From NCBI GenBank assembly GCA_035084275.1, contig CM068751.1, positions 7,316,001 through 7,380,000 of the forward strand: a stretch of DNA of 64,000 nt. Reading direction: 5' to 3'. The number at the start of each line of letters is the position of its first letter. The first letter of the stretch is position 1. The position numbers and the translations under genes were made by a program. This DNA is from Hydrolagus colliei. Lineage: Eukaryota. The notes beneath the pieces are model-generated. The model had not been told where the DNA came from. It worked only from the letters and a program-made list of their open reading frames with translations, and searched no databases. Shown in pieces: positions 1 to 13,651 of the stretch.

Positions 1-2589
1 AAATGAACGTCAACTTAGTAGTGTTATTCACAGAAATCCTACAAAGCAGAATTAATAATAATAATAATCATCCTTGCATTTGATATAGCGAACTGTAAGG
101 AAATGCCTTGTATTATTTGATGTTTGGACAAGAGAGCTTTGGGGATTGTGAAACTGCATTTCAGATGCCTTGGTAATTATAATAATAATAATAATCCTTG
201 CATTTGATATATCGCCTATCGCATTGTTGAGAAGCGCCTCATAGTGCTTCACAGAATCTTCTGTAAAATGAATTGTCTGTATAATTTTGTGGGTGAAGCC
301 AATGTACTTTTGAAGAAAGCTACTTCCTCATGTTTGCATGCTCTATACAAGTATTCTGCATCAAGTGAAACAGAGCGGTGAAAAATGCAACACCTCGTAA
401 TATCTGATGCAACATTTGTTTACGCAAGATGGCACAACAGTAGTCTGTGGGACTCAGAAATGGTTTGAGAGAGTCAAATCACCATTTCTGGTTCCATTTT
501 GTTTTGATCACAGCTATTTCCTTAGGAACAGTGGCAGAACATTTGGCGTATTTTAATGTTTATTTGAAATATGCTTTCGGGTTCTGGAACCTCCCTAACG
601 ATTTTTTTTAACAAGGTTCTTTTGTAGCACTTACAAAGCAATGTAGAAAAAGTGAGCAATGGAAGTTAGCTTGCGCTCTTCATTAGGGGTTATACTGATT
701 GTTGCATTGCTGGAATATAATGAAAGTTACAAAATGGTCCGTGATCATCTTTTAATTTTAATAAATAGTTACATCATTCACTCAATAATGTGAAATGCTG
801 CACAATTATAGGCGAAACATGACAATAGTTGGAAAAAATTGCAAGCCCAATTTCTTTTTCCTTTGGCAGAAGAATAAGTACCAGCTGAGAAAAGATTACA
901 GTAATTAAATGAAGAGAGCAGTGAGTAATGCAATGAATGGAATGACCTCACTACTGGGGGGTTCGGATGCCTATTAAAGATGCGGTACGCCTCTTCCAAG
1001 ATGGATCATTCTGGAACTACAGTATCAACCATCTGAGATCCCTGTACACTCGGATTGATATCAAAGGAAAGTCACTCAACACCTTAAAAATCATATGCTT
1101 TTGATAACTTCCTTAAGTGGACCTTCCAGAATTCAGTTGCATGCATTAATGGAACAATCCAAGAACGTTTCAAAGTTTTGGAAAAGGAAGTACTAGAAGT
1201 TATTTTTGGTCCAAAGAGTGCTTGCACATGCTTTACATTAGCTCAACACATAAAATGTCACTTCAAAGATCACTTTGTGCCTAAAGCACTGATGGAATCA
1301 AACATGTACAATGGACAATATCCTTCTGCTTTGTTATAGGCTTTAACCCTGTTCTTCATGTCTCAGGAGAAGGGACATTGTGGCATGTATACACAAAATA
1401 ATCTCCACAAAATACTTCTGAGTTTTGGGGGGAAAAAACGTGTTACCTCAAGAATACTAGATTACATTCTTGCGACACAGTCAAGTAAAATAAACCAGCT
1501 AATTGTTAAACTGTCCTGAAATTCAGAAGAAGGAAAGAATGAGCCCAGACAATATACAGACATGCCTCCCACATACCATGAGCCAAACAGAAAACCCAGT
1601 CTGGTGTTTTTAGCAGGGAAATCTGTTTATTTTAACACAGTGAAATCTATTAGTTCAGGCCACATGGCTGGGCCTGAAAATATAATCACTGGAGAGATTC
1701 TGTTACTTCAAGACATTATGCTAAACTTGGTTGGCTGAAATATTGCTGCTTTAGTGAGACTTTTAATATAAAATCCTTGTATAATGGTGATAAACATTTA
1801 AACGAGCGCTCCAAAAATAATTCCTAGTTGCTTATATATCGCTCTTTTTTTTTAAAGAGGCTGACTATCTTTTAAAATTACATTTTTAATTTATTTTTCT
1901 TGGCACCTGAAGTGACTGTGTTGGGAAAGCTGCTTGGCAGTACTTGTTTGAGCCAAAGCGACCAGAAACATGATGTTTGATCCCTGGAATATGCTGTGTT
2001 AGTCTCACACCCAGGGTGGCTGTAACTGTTAAATCTGCAGTCGTTGCCCCAGGGTAAGGTATGGAGTAAAAGCCAGGATCCTTGATCACTCAGCCAATGG
2101 CCCATGTTGAGAAATACATACGTGTTGAGTGAATATGGGATCATGTTCACTTACAATACTCCCCACTGCCTGCACTCACAATGAATGGCCACTTGGGTAT
2201 AAAGACTCGGAGTACTGTATTCTACTCGATTCAGCACCTTCAAGAGAGGAGTGGGAGAAAAATGCAAAAGAAAACTTTTATACGCTGCTGGTTAGTTTCC
2301 TTTCTCATTTGCCGTTTCTGCCTTGCTGGAATTCCCAAGTCAACAACAACAACAACTTGCATTTATATAGCGAGCTTCACGTTGGGGATAGTATTCTGGA
2401 GTCTTGGGAACGAGAAATGTTTTTACCTATGATTTCTTTTCGCTTTTTTAAAACAAACCTCTGAATGACCAACGTGAGTTCCGTACCACAATTAAATTTC
2501 ATCCTCCAAATTCTAGACGTTCATAGCTAATGAGGTGGGGGTGGATGGGGGTGAGTGGTAGGGGGGGAAGGAAGGAAGCTCACTTGATG

Positions 2590-2815
2590 GATCATTTATC
2601 AAATGTATAGGACGGTGTGGGATTGATTTAGACCTGAAGGGTCCCAGGTTCAAATCCCTCTGTGTGCTGAGTTAGCTGATCTCGGTTCGGAGAGGAACAG
2701 CGGAAGAGAAGCAGGAAAGGGGGAAGGTCTCCCAACATAGCCATGCTTCCCTGAGACCAGGGAGAGGAAAATCAGCAAAGGTTCCTGCTTCTGATTACTC
2801 TCCAATGACCCTTAC
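2590..2815 (+). mobile_element. Ancient tRNA-derived SINE of a second family (AmnSINE2-like; name tentative)
   Basis: ggtcccaggttcaaatcc..tgtgctgagttagctgatctc..gggagaggaaaatcagc..ggttcctgcttctgat..ccaatgaccc. Related copies occur at about 1970-2200 (+), 50200-50390 (+), 53720-54013 (+) and 55815-56085 (-). Confidence 0.65.
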
Positions 2816-5384
2816 TACAAACTACACCTGTCTGGTTCCAGAGTGGCTGTTCCAATCAGCGAGCTTGTACATGTTTTTTTTAATGAATCAATGTTGCAGG
2901 AAAAGAATAGTAAAGAACAAAGTGCTCTTGAAACATGGGAAATATTCGACTTGGAGTTGTGCTGTAAAACTGCTATTGTTTGAAAGCTTGCCAGTAAAGT
3001 GGCGTTTATTTTGTGTTGGCTCTATCAATTTACCACATATCATGCCATTGAAGAATTATTTTTAACTTGGGACAAAATCCAATGAAATGTTGCTTTGAGC
3101 GAAAATGCAGTGGTCTGTGCGGATCATTGATTGTCTCGTAGCTTGTTTGTCAAGTTTAGGCATCAAGACTTCTTTGTGTCTGATAGCGTTCATGCCTTGG
3201 CTCAGTATTAAACATTTGATATATAGTATTTGATTGTGTGGTTAGCCACCATAGCTTTCAAGCTTTACATTTGGGCTTGAGTCTTCTGTGGGAAAATCCC
3301 AAGGATTGTGTTCCTGGCCATGCCGCGTTGGGGCAGGAGAAAGAATTCAGAGGGTGGTGAGTTTTAAATAGCATGGGGTCTAATTTATGGGATGAGGCAA
3401 CAAGCCGCCATGTAACCGCTGCATGTTGTGCTAACCATATACGTATACAACTGCACTTGTATATGGGTTTTTACAAGTGCACTTAACTTTATCACTCACT
3501 TAATTGGTCGCTTACTCCCATGGCTGTTTGGGGACGTGGCTGTGCCCAAACTGGCTGCCAAATTCATGTGCCAAAATACACAAAGTCAAGTCACCTTGCA
3601 GTATATCTTGTGAAGCACTTCAGAGTGTCTCGACGATGTGATACGGTTTTATATCGAATGCCAGGATGGCTCCCTGCGCCCAGTGACTGGTCTGCCCTTC
3701 CAGGTCCTGATGATGAGCCAGGCTAGCTGTTCTGCCCTAGAATACTGCGGAAACTGACAGCCAAGACACAGAGGGCTAGCTCGACTCTGATATACTGTTG
3801 CCAAGCCTGCCACCTGAGTACCAGTTCAGCTCCAAGGAATCCTCACTTACCTTCCCATCCCCCAACCACCACCACCGTTCCCGTTCCCCCCACCCCCACC
3901 ACCACCTTCACACACCATCACACACCTTCTACCAAGGAATACCGAACAGTGTTCATGAGTGGAAACACAGTATTTTTCCTTCTCCTCCCCCAGGACCTCT
4001 GATGTCAATGTGGTGCACAGTCAAATCTTGTGTATCAATGGCTTTCCTGTAATGTTTGAACTATGGCAGAAAAATCAATTTACCCAGAATTTTAGCAGAC
4101 GTATGGGTACCCGCTTTGATAAATCGACTGATATTCAGTCATATATTAGTCGTTCAACACTTTCCTCAGGTAGGTTCCTGTGAATGAATTCAGTCAGTAT
4201 TCAGGCAAACCTACCCAGATTGTATTCAAGTGAATTTGAGTCACAACTGATATCACAAAGAACTGGTATAGAATGCATTGTAATGACAGTACAATTTTCA
4301 GTTCAAAGCTTAATCAGATATAATTGAAAAGATATTAACAATGGGAATCTGGAGACCGTTGGGCTTATAATGTATTCAGGCACTGTTCTGTTTTCCAGTT
4401 TATAGCTCTGCAAAAGCATAGCTCCGCTGCTGATTTATGAGCACAGAGTTACAGTTTCATAAGAACTGGCTTGAACATTTCAATAAAATAGTTTAAGCTG
4501 AGAAGTGGGCTGCCAATGACTGGTTTATTGTGCCCTATTATATTTCGACTAGAATATTTTTCTAACTCGGTGCATTCTGAGCAAACCAAATAGGATCAAA
4601 TTTATGAAACGTATAGGAACCAGAAATATGCACAGGTTTTTTTTTCCCCATTTCCTTTAACCCTTTGCAAACACATCTCAATCAGTCCAGACTCCAGAAC
4701 TATTTTGCAAGGGTTATTTGCAGAAACCCGATATTTTCCTTCACCCTCTTTCTACACCGCCCCACCTCCCGCCAATCCTTTCCAGAACCATATCGTGTAA
4801 ATCTGCTTTTGGCTTTGTTAGAATAAAATAAAGTCCTGATCCCCTTGTGTGCAGTCCAATAACATTACAATTGACAGGCTGGGAGCGTGAGCAGCATTGA
4901 AATTACAAAGCGATCGCTTGAAATTCAATTCTCCGAACTTACTATTTTAATGCTTCAATCCCTAAATTGATTTAAATTGGGATTTTGCTGGACCTACTTA
5001 TTTTGATGACCGTGATTGATTTCAACAGCAGCACAGTGGTGTCTGAGTCATCCAGAGATCTATGTAGAGTTGTTCATGTGCTCAGCCATCACCTCACACA
5101 TTACAAGGGTTGAGAGTTATATTAATGTTTTATATGAATTGTCAGGGCTGATATAATAAGCAGTTGTCAGACAATTTGATTATTAAATTCAATGGATGCT
5201 TTTACTGGGCCAACACAGGAAAGCTTTAACCTTCCTTTTTATTTTTCCAAGGAAAAAAAGGGTTTTATTCGTTGAAGATGCAACAAACTGTGACTGAATC
5301 TTTACGAATGCCATACTTCTTCAGCATTTCTTACTGCTCATAACTTTTAACAGTTGTATTTCATTATTATTTTGAAATAACTAA

Positions 5385-5742
5385 TAAGCATTGCATTGAC
5401 ATAGATTCCTTGTTTTACCAATGTCTCAAAGAGCTTCACAGAGTTTTTCTGCAAAGTGTGTAGGTGAATGCAACACCCAACTTGCTCACAACCATGTCCG
5501 TGAAGTGAATGGTCACATTTAACCAAGGCAGCGAAATAAATTCCCCTTTACGAATAGTGCTTTGGCCTCTTGAGTATCCACCTGAACTGGCAGACATACC
5601 CTTAGTGTTTAAGATGGAATATCAGCAAAACAGTGCGCCTCCAAGGTTTCTTTGGAGTGTCAGCCTCGTCTATGAAAGTCCCGATCTAGGGGCTAAACCC
5701 CAAATCCTCTGACTCGAGAGTGATACAAACTGGTACAGCCTA
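5385..5742 (-). mobile_element. Older Deu-domain SINE
   Basis: gaatagtgc..tccacctgaactggcagac..ggagtgtcagcct..aaaccccaaatcctctgactc, plus an L2-type tail. Confidence 0.72.
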
Positions 5743-6789
5743 ACAAACGTTCTTTAGATAGCAGTTACGAATGGACCATGAAAGCTAATGGACTAGTATC
5801 TCAATCTCATAACACTTGGATAAGTATCCAGAGAATTGGGCATATTCGGGGGAACTTGGATCTAGTGTAGCATCCAAAACCTAAGATTGCATAAACACAA
5901 GTCTGCAGTTCCACTCGATGGCAGACACGCTTTCGAGAGTTTGGAAGTAATGTGTGCAATTGGCTGCTGACAAATATACAATCAATTCACTTTACAGAAT
6001 ATTCCTTGAAGCACTTTTGAGATGTCTAGAAAACGTTGTAAAGTCCTATGCCAACTGCAAGGATTAGTAATAATTATCATTATTATTATTATCAATGTGC
6101 CTTTTCTAAGTCAAAAGTGGATAAAAATATCAGAGAAAGATTTATAAAGCACAAGTCCAGCAGAAATGTCGATGAATATTCTTAAACTTTTGCATGTTTT
6201 TCAGGTTTCCTTTCAGTAAGATTTAATTGGAGTTTGAGTTTCAGAATATGGTGATTTATATTGTATCATATACAGCACGGAGTGTTACAGCTCTGTAAAA
6301 CAGAACATGCTTTTTCTCGCTAGTAATTGATGCTATTTTAACTCTGAGCAGAAACCTGTACATACTTTGAAACAAACATGCTTAGAAATGTGTTCTAACA
6401 TGAGAAGGGGGTGCAGCAAGCGTCTTAGTTGAGTGTGAAGATGACTTACGTTTTATTTTCCTGGTTTACAATTACCATTCAGAATCCTGCAGTGCTAACA
6501 ATTAATGCTTATCCATAAATGCAGTAAATAATGCGATACAGTATTTGTTAAAGTAAAAATGCTATATTTTGAAAATTAAACACAGAAGAATATGCATTTG
6601 CATATTTTGTATTTCTTTAAGTTCTCTACCAAAGAAGTTTAGGTTGCAGTGGAAGGGGATTTGAGTTCTGTCTTTAAGATAGATTTTGGACTAAACCTAT
6701 AAATAAGATATATAAAAATGTTATCGTATCTGATGATGATTTCTGAATGTTTATCTCAACATTATGTCAGGCAAATGGAACATAATAGT

Positions 6790-7197
6790 AAAGATATAAT
6801 ACTTGTGCTTGATATATAGCACCTTTTCATGTCTTTGAGATGTCTCAAAGTGCTTCCCATGAATCACTGTAAAGTTTAGCAATTGTGTACTTTGTAGACA
6901 AATATGGCAGGTATCTTACACACAGCAATGACTTACAAACAGTCATAAAGTGAGTTTTAGTTTCGAGATTGCTCGCCAAGGCACTGGGGAAACAATTCCC
7001 TTCGCTTTTCATTTAATGCCATATCCGTCTGAACAGGCGCAGACAGGCCTTTAAAGTTTCATCCGAAGCATGGTAGCTTTGACAACCCAGTTTTTCCCCC
7101 AGCACTGCACTGGAGTGTCATATGAGCTCAAAGCGGTGATTGAACCCACAACCTTCTGACTCCGAGACGAAAGTCCTTCCAACCAAGTCTGGCTGAC
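6790..7197 (-). mobile_element. Older Deu-domain tRNA-SINE (SacSINE1/AmnSINE1-type) with L2-type tail
   Basis: Complement of the Deu domain (gcagacaggcc..tttcatccgaa..cagcactgcactggagtgtca) and of the head (ttgaacccacaaccttctgactc). Confidence 0.8.
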
Positions 7198-7774
7198 ATC
7201 TAAATCTATGTTTTTTAATTTAAAATGTCTACAGACAAATGGACTTCAACATCAAGTGCATATGAACTGCATATTTTATTTGACAGAGGTTGGTAAACAA
7301 TAGATGCTTAACAATGTACTTGTCATGTTGGGTGATTTGAATTGTAACTGCAAAGGTTAATAATCCTTCAGGAGATTCTCATTCCATTTATTTAAATAAT
7401 TATTCTTAATGCAAAGAAATCCTATTTGCAATTTTCCCTCGCATAGATAATGATATGATTAATCATGCCATCATTATTAGCTTATATGTATAATGGTGAT
7501 ATTAACCTTGCGACGAAGGTCAAAGATTTCAAGCCATAATTTCTCATTGGGTGTTTGCAAAAACTAAGAAAGGGAATATTTGAATAGAACTGAAAATGGA
7601 CAACAGGAATATCTAAAAAGTAACCAAAGTAGTTGATTTATACAAATGCTATCGAATTGGACCACAAACAATACAATATTCCATTTTCATGTTGGGAGGA
7701 CATCCCAAGGCACTGGACAGGCATAGATTTGGACCTGGGCTGGGGGGGGTCCGGATCGGGAAGGGTGAAGGGCT

Positions 7775-8090
7775 GCGCAATATCCCACAGTCAGCTGTGA
7801 AGTGAGTGACCAATTTTATTTTGGGGATTCATGGCTTGGACACAGGGAAAATAATTCACCCACAAATATACAGTCAATTCACTTTACGGTATATTGTGTG
7901 AAGCACTTTGAGACGTCTAGAAGATGTGAAAAGTGCTAAATCAAGTGCAAGCATTATTTTTTATTTATTATTATAAAAGTTCCCTTCTCATTGGAGTTGT
8001 GGCACGGGATCTTTAACATCCACCAAAGCGATGTAGTACACCCCTAGTATTGGAGTGTCAGCCGAGGTTTATAAAATCCAAATCCTGGTA
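7775..8090 (-). mobile_element. Older Deu-SINE interrupted by a plus-strand SINE 3' fragment (7856-7972)
   Basis: Deu-type complement on both sides (gtgagtgaccaattttattttgggga; gggatctttaacatccacc..ggagtgtcagcc). The insert is cccacaaatatacagtcaattcac...gcaagcattatt. Confidence 0.72.
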
Positions 8091-11000
8091 TCAGTTAGAC
8101 AACAGCAAACATAAGGATTTGAGATCCTACTGACAACACCATGTTTTTAATACTTTTTAAAAGATAGTATTGACACACTGAGTTTTGCTTTGAGCATTAT
8201 AATCAAACAGTTTTTAGGATTAAATTTAAATGATCTAATGAGTTTCATACCAGATTACCACCAACACAATCTTTTTACATTTGAAATACAATACATTCTG
8301 TGTCTGAGCTTCAGTATAGCTACGTGAAGTAATATAATGGACAGCACACTGCAGAGTCTAATATGTCAGATTCCACTGCTGCGGAAGAGCATAAGGCCAG
8401 CCAGACTAGTCATAATACAAATCTTTTTATGGGTGTGTGCTGCTATCTTAAAAGCATCCTATCCTTTTAGGGGAGAGAAAGGCTTTCATTCAGAAATATT
8501 TCTTTACGGCAATCAGGGCCTTGCCATCAGAAAGAAGCTCTTCTATCTTTCCTGATGAACACTGAATGCCAATAAAAGAGTCAAATAACTTCTGTGGTAT
8601 GAACAGATGCTGTCTGCACTCTGATTTATTTGTCCAGCCGCTTCCAAAGCTCACATATGCACACAACACACGTTTCTTGAGCCACCACTTAAACTGTGAC
8701 AGACTGCTTTTTGAGGGTTAGTTGCGTGGGTGGAGGAAGGGGTGGGGGGGGGGCGGGCGGGTTCAAAAAATATGTATTTTGTACAATTAAGAGCTTTAAA
8801 CAGAAGTTTAGCAACACATTGAATTGGTATAAACGATATCAGTGTTTAATACAAAAAATCTTTAAGACTAAATCTGCTTTTACCATATTTGCTATTACAG
8901 TATTTAAAATTCTGTTCCACAAGGAATACGGATTTCACTCCCTCCCATATACCTTCCAAGGATAGTCTTTTGCTGTCAAACAATTTAATATTAATAGTCC
9001 TTGCATTTTATATAGCACTTTTCATGTCTTCTGGATGTATGTTCGGTGTGGATAGCGCTATATAAATCCAAGTTGTTATATGTGGATGTGGAAATGCGGA
9101 AATAGAGGGACAAGTTTCCATTATCACATAAAATCTGTGACTTTGACAAAAAATAAACAAAACTTGACAGACCTGTCACCTCTGTGTACTGCTGCCTGGT
9201 TTACTGACAGAATTTAGCAATGAGACGGCACAAGTGGCTTCCAAACGACGGTTGGAGTGAATGTCAAGTTGTTTATATTGTGAATCGGGCAAGGATTTGC
9301 AACACGGTAATTTGCAGTTGTAATGGCCTCAGCTGGGAGATTTGCCTTACAGTTCAAAGTTCAATCTCCAGCGTTTGCACGTGTGAACTCACCAGCTAGG
9401 AATTACCACATGAAACAACAAATATACAGTAGACTGTTTTGTCAATCCCCTCGTAATCTCTTTGTAATGGGACCCCATGTTCGTTTTGTTGTTGGAGATG
9501 CCAATTGGTGGACGGAACCCCACGCTTTGTTTGTTTGTTTATTTTTTGCCTACTTTTATTGTTGTTCTTGTCCTCGAGTCTTGTAACAGGAAATGCCTGA
9601 CCTCCATCCCTATGGAAAACCAATCAAACTCAAACATGTGGTTGCCTCATCTGGGCTGGAGCCAACCTGTTGGTTTTAATTGGCAGTTTGATCCCCCACA
9701 GCTGTAACAGATTACAGACAAATTCTCTTCAAACAAACCCTGTTTCCCCCCCTCCCCCTACCACCCCCGCCCTTCCATCCTGCCCAAAGTAATCTAGAAA
9801 TAGTGAAACTAATAAAAAGCCACTTCAGGTAGGTAATTCCAAATAACAGCTGCCAAAAAAAAGCCTCAACTTCAAATAAATCAATTTATCCGTTATGCAT
9901 CAATCATCAGTCCAAAAGAATTCCCCAAAGACTCCTTGATCTCTCTCATCCCTTTCAGCGCACTCTGCTATCTCTGTTTTTAAAGGAAGACTCGTATCCC
10001 AAATGCATTAAGATGCCAAAGAGTAGAACACAGTAAAGTAGTGTGTAGTTTGCTTCGTAAATGTAACTTAAACAGATGTCCGGACTCCGGTAGAAAACAC
10101 CAAACTTCAGAGTTGCATTGAGGTATTCAGATACTGTCGTGGGTATGTAAAGGTTGATGGTCATGACCTAAAGGTCTCTTGTGTTTATGAAGTGCTGCAA
10201 TCAAGCAGGAGACCTGAAGCCACTCATTTAAACCCTAGTAACCTGCTACCGGCAGCACTTATGTGTTTATTACCAATCTAATGGCTCACATTCCTCACTG
10301 ATTTGAAAAGAGAAAAAACCATGGGATTAAAAGTATCATTTACTGCTGGTTGTTATTTAGTGCAAGTTCCTCTTCTTGATGTCTTACAAACCTCCACAAT
10401 CTCATAAACTGAAACGCATGGATCACTAGAACACGAAACAGTTCTATCTGTTCCTTACTGCCATACATCCATGCGGAGTATGCGTTTGTTTGTTTGTCTG
10501 TTCAAGGAATAGCTGCTTTCTGCAAGTGAATGAATATTGTTACCTCTTCAGAGGGTACTCATCGTCTTTCTAGGCTTTGAACATTAGATTTGGGAGAGAA
10601 AATCTTGGTCGGAAATCATTTTGATCTTACACTTTACGATGAGATTACACGTATGGAACTCTCGTGACATTTGTTACACATCACATTGTAAAACTATGTG
10701 GTTAATGTGCATTGTATTGAACTGAAGAGAAAGGTAGAAAATATATAAAATTGTACAAAGTACAAATTCTACCGCACAGTTCTTACTGCTGTGTTAAATT
10801 TTTAAAGGAACTATTTAGGTGTGTGGATATACATAAGGACACACCACAATGACAGTGATGCCTTTAAAAGCACCTCGGCACTGCAGAGCACAGAAATACA
10901 GTGGTAAAGTACTGGCTCAAGGTATAAGATTTTTAGTTCTTGATGCCTGCACATTCAGTCTGGCTTCAAATGAAAATCAATCCATGACAAGTTTGGCACA

Positions 11001-13524
11001 AAATATGGTAAACACAGACTTGAAGCCATCTGATCTTGCACACGATGCTACTTATAACAACAGCAGTATATTTTTAATTGCGCCTCGACATATTCTGTCA
11101 TGCAAGGGTTTATGTGTTTTCAGGTGTTCGTCTTGTTTACACATCAGTTTTGAGCATTTCAATGAGTCTGGCCTCTTAATTGTAGCTGCGGAACAGGCCT
11201 GCTTTAAGTTTTTTTTAATTAAATCTTTCCAAATTTGCTCCAGCAGAATGTACGCTGCATAGTTGTGAAAACAGATAGCTGAAGATTCATTCTAAACATG
11301 TGAGTCTGTTGGAGGCAATTGGCAGTCAGTGTTGTTCACACTGCTGCAGATTCAGTATCAAACAGCACTGACATCAACGATTGCCACACTTCCGTGAAAC
11401 ACAACTTTGATCATAATATTTTATAACTTAACCTGCGTATTATCCCAGAATCCCAGAAGCTGCATCGTTTTTGCAGTTTGTTTTGGTACAATTATGCCGA
11501 AGGATTACTGTAACCCAATTTAGGAAAGGTTCCCCCCTTTGGTATCAAAGAAGGCCATAAATATTTCATTTTTCAGCATTTTACTTCCAGCCCAGGACTG
11601 TGATTAATTTTTTAAGAAGTAAGTTTTCTGCTTGTAAGGCAGCTAAAATATGCCGTGTTCCAATAAAGCAAATTGATGGTGGGAATAATGGACATAACTG
11701 CAGTGGCAAAGGCCTAATGGGCTAGTTTGTAAATGAAAGGAGGTAAACGGAAAGAAGAATTATAACCATGTGAACGATTCTTTGTAAAAATAAATATCTG
11801 GGAACATATTCAAGTCTGCGGAACACACTTAGGGTTCTAGTGACTATAAATCTAGTCTTGCTCTTGAAATTGTTAGTCTAGCTCCTTGAGATATCAAACA
11901 ATGTTTTAGTACCCTTTCAAACCATCTGTTATGCAATCGATCTCATTTTCTATTATATAGAGTCTGCCTAAATGTGCAATACTACGGCAAATGCCTAAAC
12001 TGCGAGTCTATCAACATCTGAAATAGAACAATAGCTTAATGTGATCCTTACGTTAATGCTTACTTCCCATCCAGACACAGATCAACCTGCTATGCGTTTG
12101 ATGTTTTTCCATTTAATCTGTTAGTTCTGTATTTTGCTAGATTTAACCACCTGAGCTGGATACAACAAAGCTGCATGTAATGCATACTAACCACAACTTA
12201 CATTTGTATAGAGACCTTCAAATGGGGTAGCATCCCAGTGCGCTTATAATAGGCATGTAATAAAGCCATGCTTTTTGAATATGAACTATGTATGATTAAT
12301 AATAATGCATGCATTTGACATAGCGCCTTATTGTATCTTCGAGTTGTCTCAAATTGCTTTATAGAATATACTGTAACGTGAATAGACTATAGGAAAGCAT
12401 TAGGGGCAGGAACAGTCAAGGAAATTCATTAGCGGGTAAAAAAACAATCACTGGATACTGGGACCAGACTTCAAACTGATCTCAAAACTTTGTATTTTGT
12501 TCTAACCAAACTCAGTTATTCATGTGGCATCAGTCCTCAAGTTCTGACCCAAGTAAATTGTTGGTGAAGCAAAATAACTTATGTTAGCTAAACGCACGCC
12601 ACTGTCTCCCTCATACTCTGATCTTGTCATTCAGTAAGAAGACCAGACAACTTCCCATTTGACGCCTAATTGAGGGTGATGACTAGCCTAGCATGTCTGT
12701 CCATGCTTGGAATGGCAGATCTACATTGCAAGTTGCCACTAAACATCCTCAGAGAACAGGGAACAGATTTGTGACTTCCGAATAACATGCACATTGATTG
12801 ATTGTTTAACTGCTGGTAAGAACAATAGCAAAATTACATTTATAGAGTGCCTTTCATGTCGGCAACTTCCAGCGAGCCCTCCACGCTTTAAGGAGATACT
12901 TCTCACAGAACCAACAGCTCCTTCTGATTGAATATCCCTTTAAGATATAAATGCAACTCGCAATCCTTCATTATGATGCATTGAACTTGCAACAATCCAG
13001 TCATGGCATTCCCAGTCAGCAATGGAAAATGCACTCCAAATATAATTGAAAAGTAAACAGCTACACCGAGCCCTAATCGACTAAAAATAATGAACTTGTG
13101 TGCGTGAAGCTTTAATATACCAGGCTCCGTTCCTGCATTTGGTTTTGTTCTGATAAAACCGTTCCCGGTTTGTTAAAGCCCACAATAAATGCATCCTTTC
13201 TAGTTTATTATTCTCTCATTTCAGCTCCTTATGGTACATCTGCTTCTCATTTCTTTGATTGCTTATTCTTTTTTTACTTGATTTTTAACTTGCTCCTGCT
13301 TGTTGTTGTGTTTCTCTGCCTCTTCATTTGTTTTGAGAAAGCTGCTTAATGTCATGGCCCATGTCAGGCTGGCAGGTTAGGCATGATAATAAGAGAGCTC
13401 CATTGGATTCAATTGAGCAGAAACGATTCGGATAACTTGATGTCAACAGAACCACTATCAACAACCGAGCAACTGTGAACCGTCCTTTGAAGCACTTGTC
13501 CAGATCAGTGTATTTGCCCGGACG

Positions 13525-13651
13525 AAAAAGTTTGTCCACAAAATATACACTCAATTCACACTTCAGAATGTTCTGTGAAACGCTTTGAGATCTCTAGGAG
13601 ATGTGATAAGGCGCTAGATCAAATGCAATGATTATTAGTATTAATTATTAT
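13525..13651 (+). mobile_element. SINE 3' fragment
   Basis: cacaaaatatacactcaattcac..gtgaaacgctttgagatctc..aaggcgctagatcaaatgcaatgattatta. Similar fragments occur at about 52-110, 178-300, 3490-3667, 5950-6091, 12300-12390, 19085-19130 and 19270-19390. Confidence 0.82.

Noticed and set aside
2230-2250. REST/RE1-like ttcagcacc
   Set aside because: Only the left half-site is present; the GGACAG half is missing.
3707-3756. CTGATGA...GAAAC hammerhead-like motif
   Set aside because: No convincing stem II or stem I pairing.
6802-6812. ttgtgcttgat resembling the 5' end of miR-218
   Set aside because: A short match inside a SINE tail with no hairpin.
8727-8762. G-rich tract with G-quadruplex potential (also about 2535-2567 and 7737-7772)
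   Set aside because: Simple G-runs are common in such genomes and nothing here suggests function.
10849-11262. 137-aa ORF
   Set aside because: No recognisable motif or supporting splice structure.
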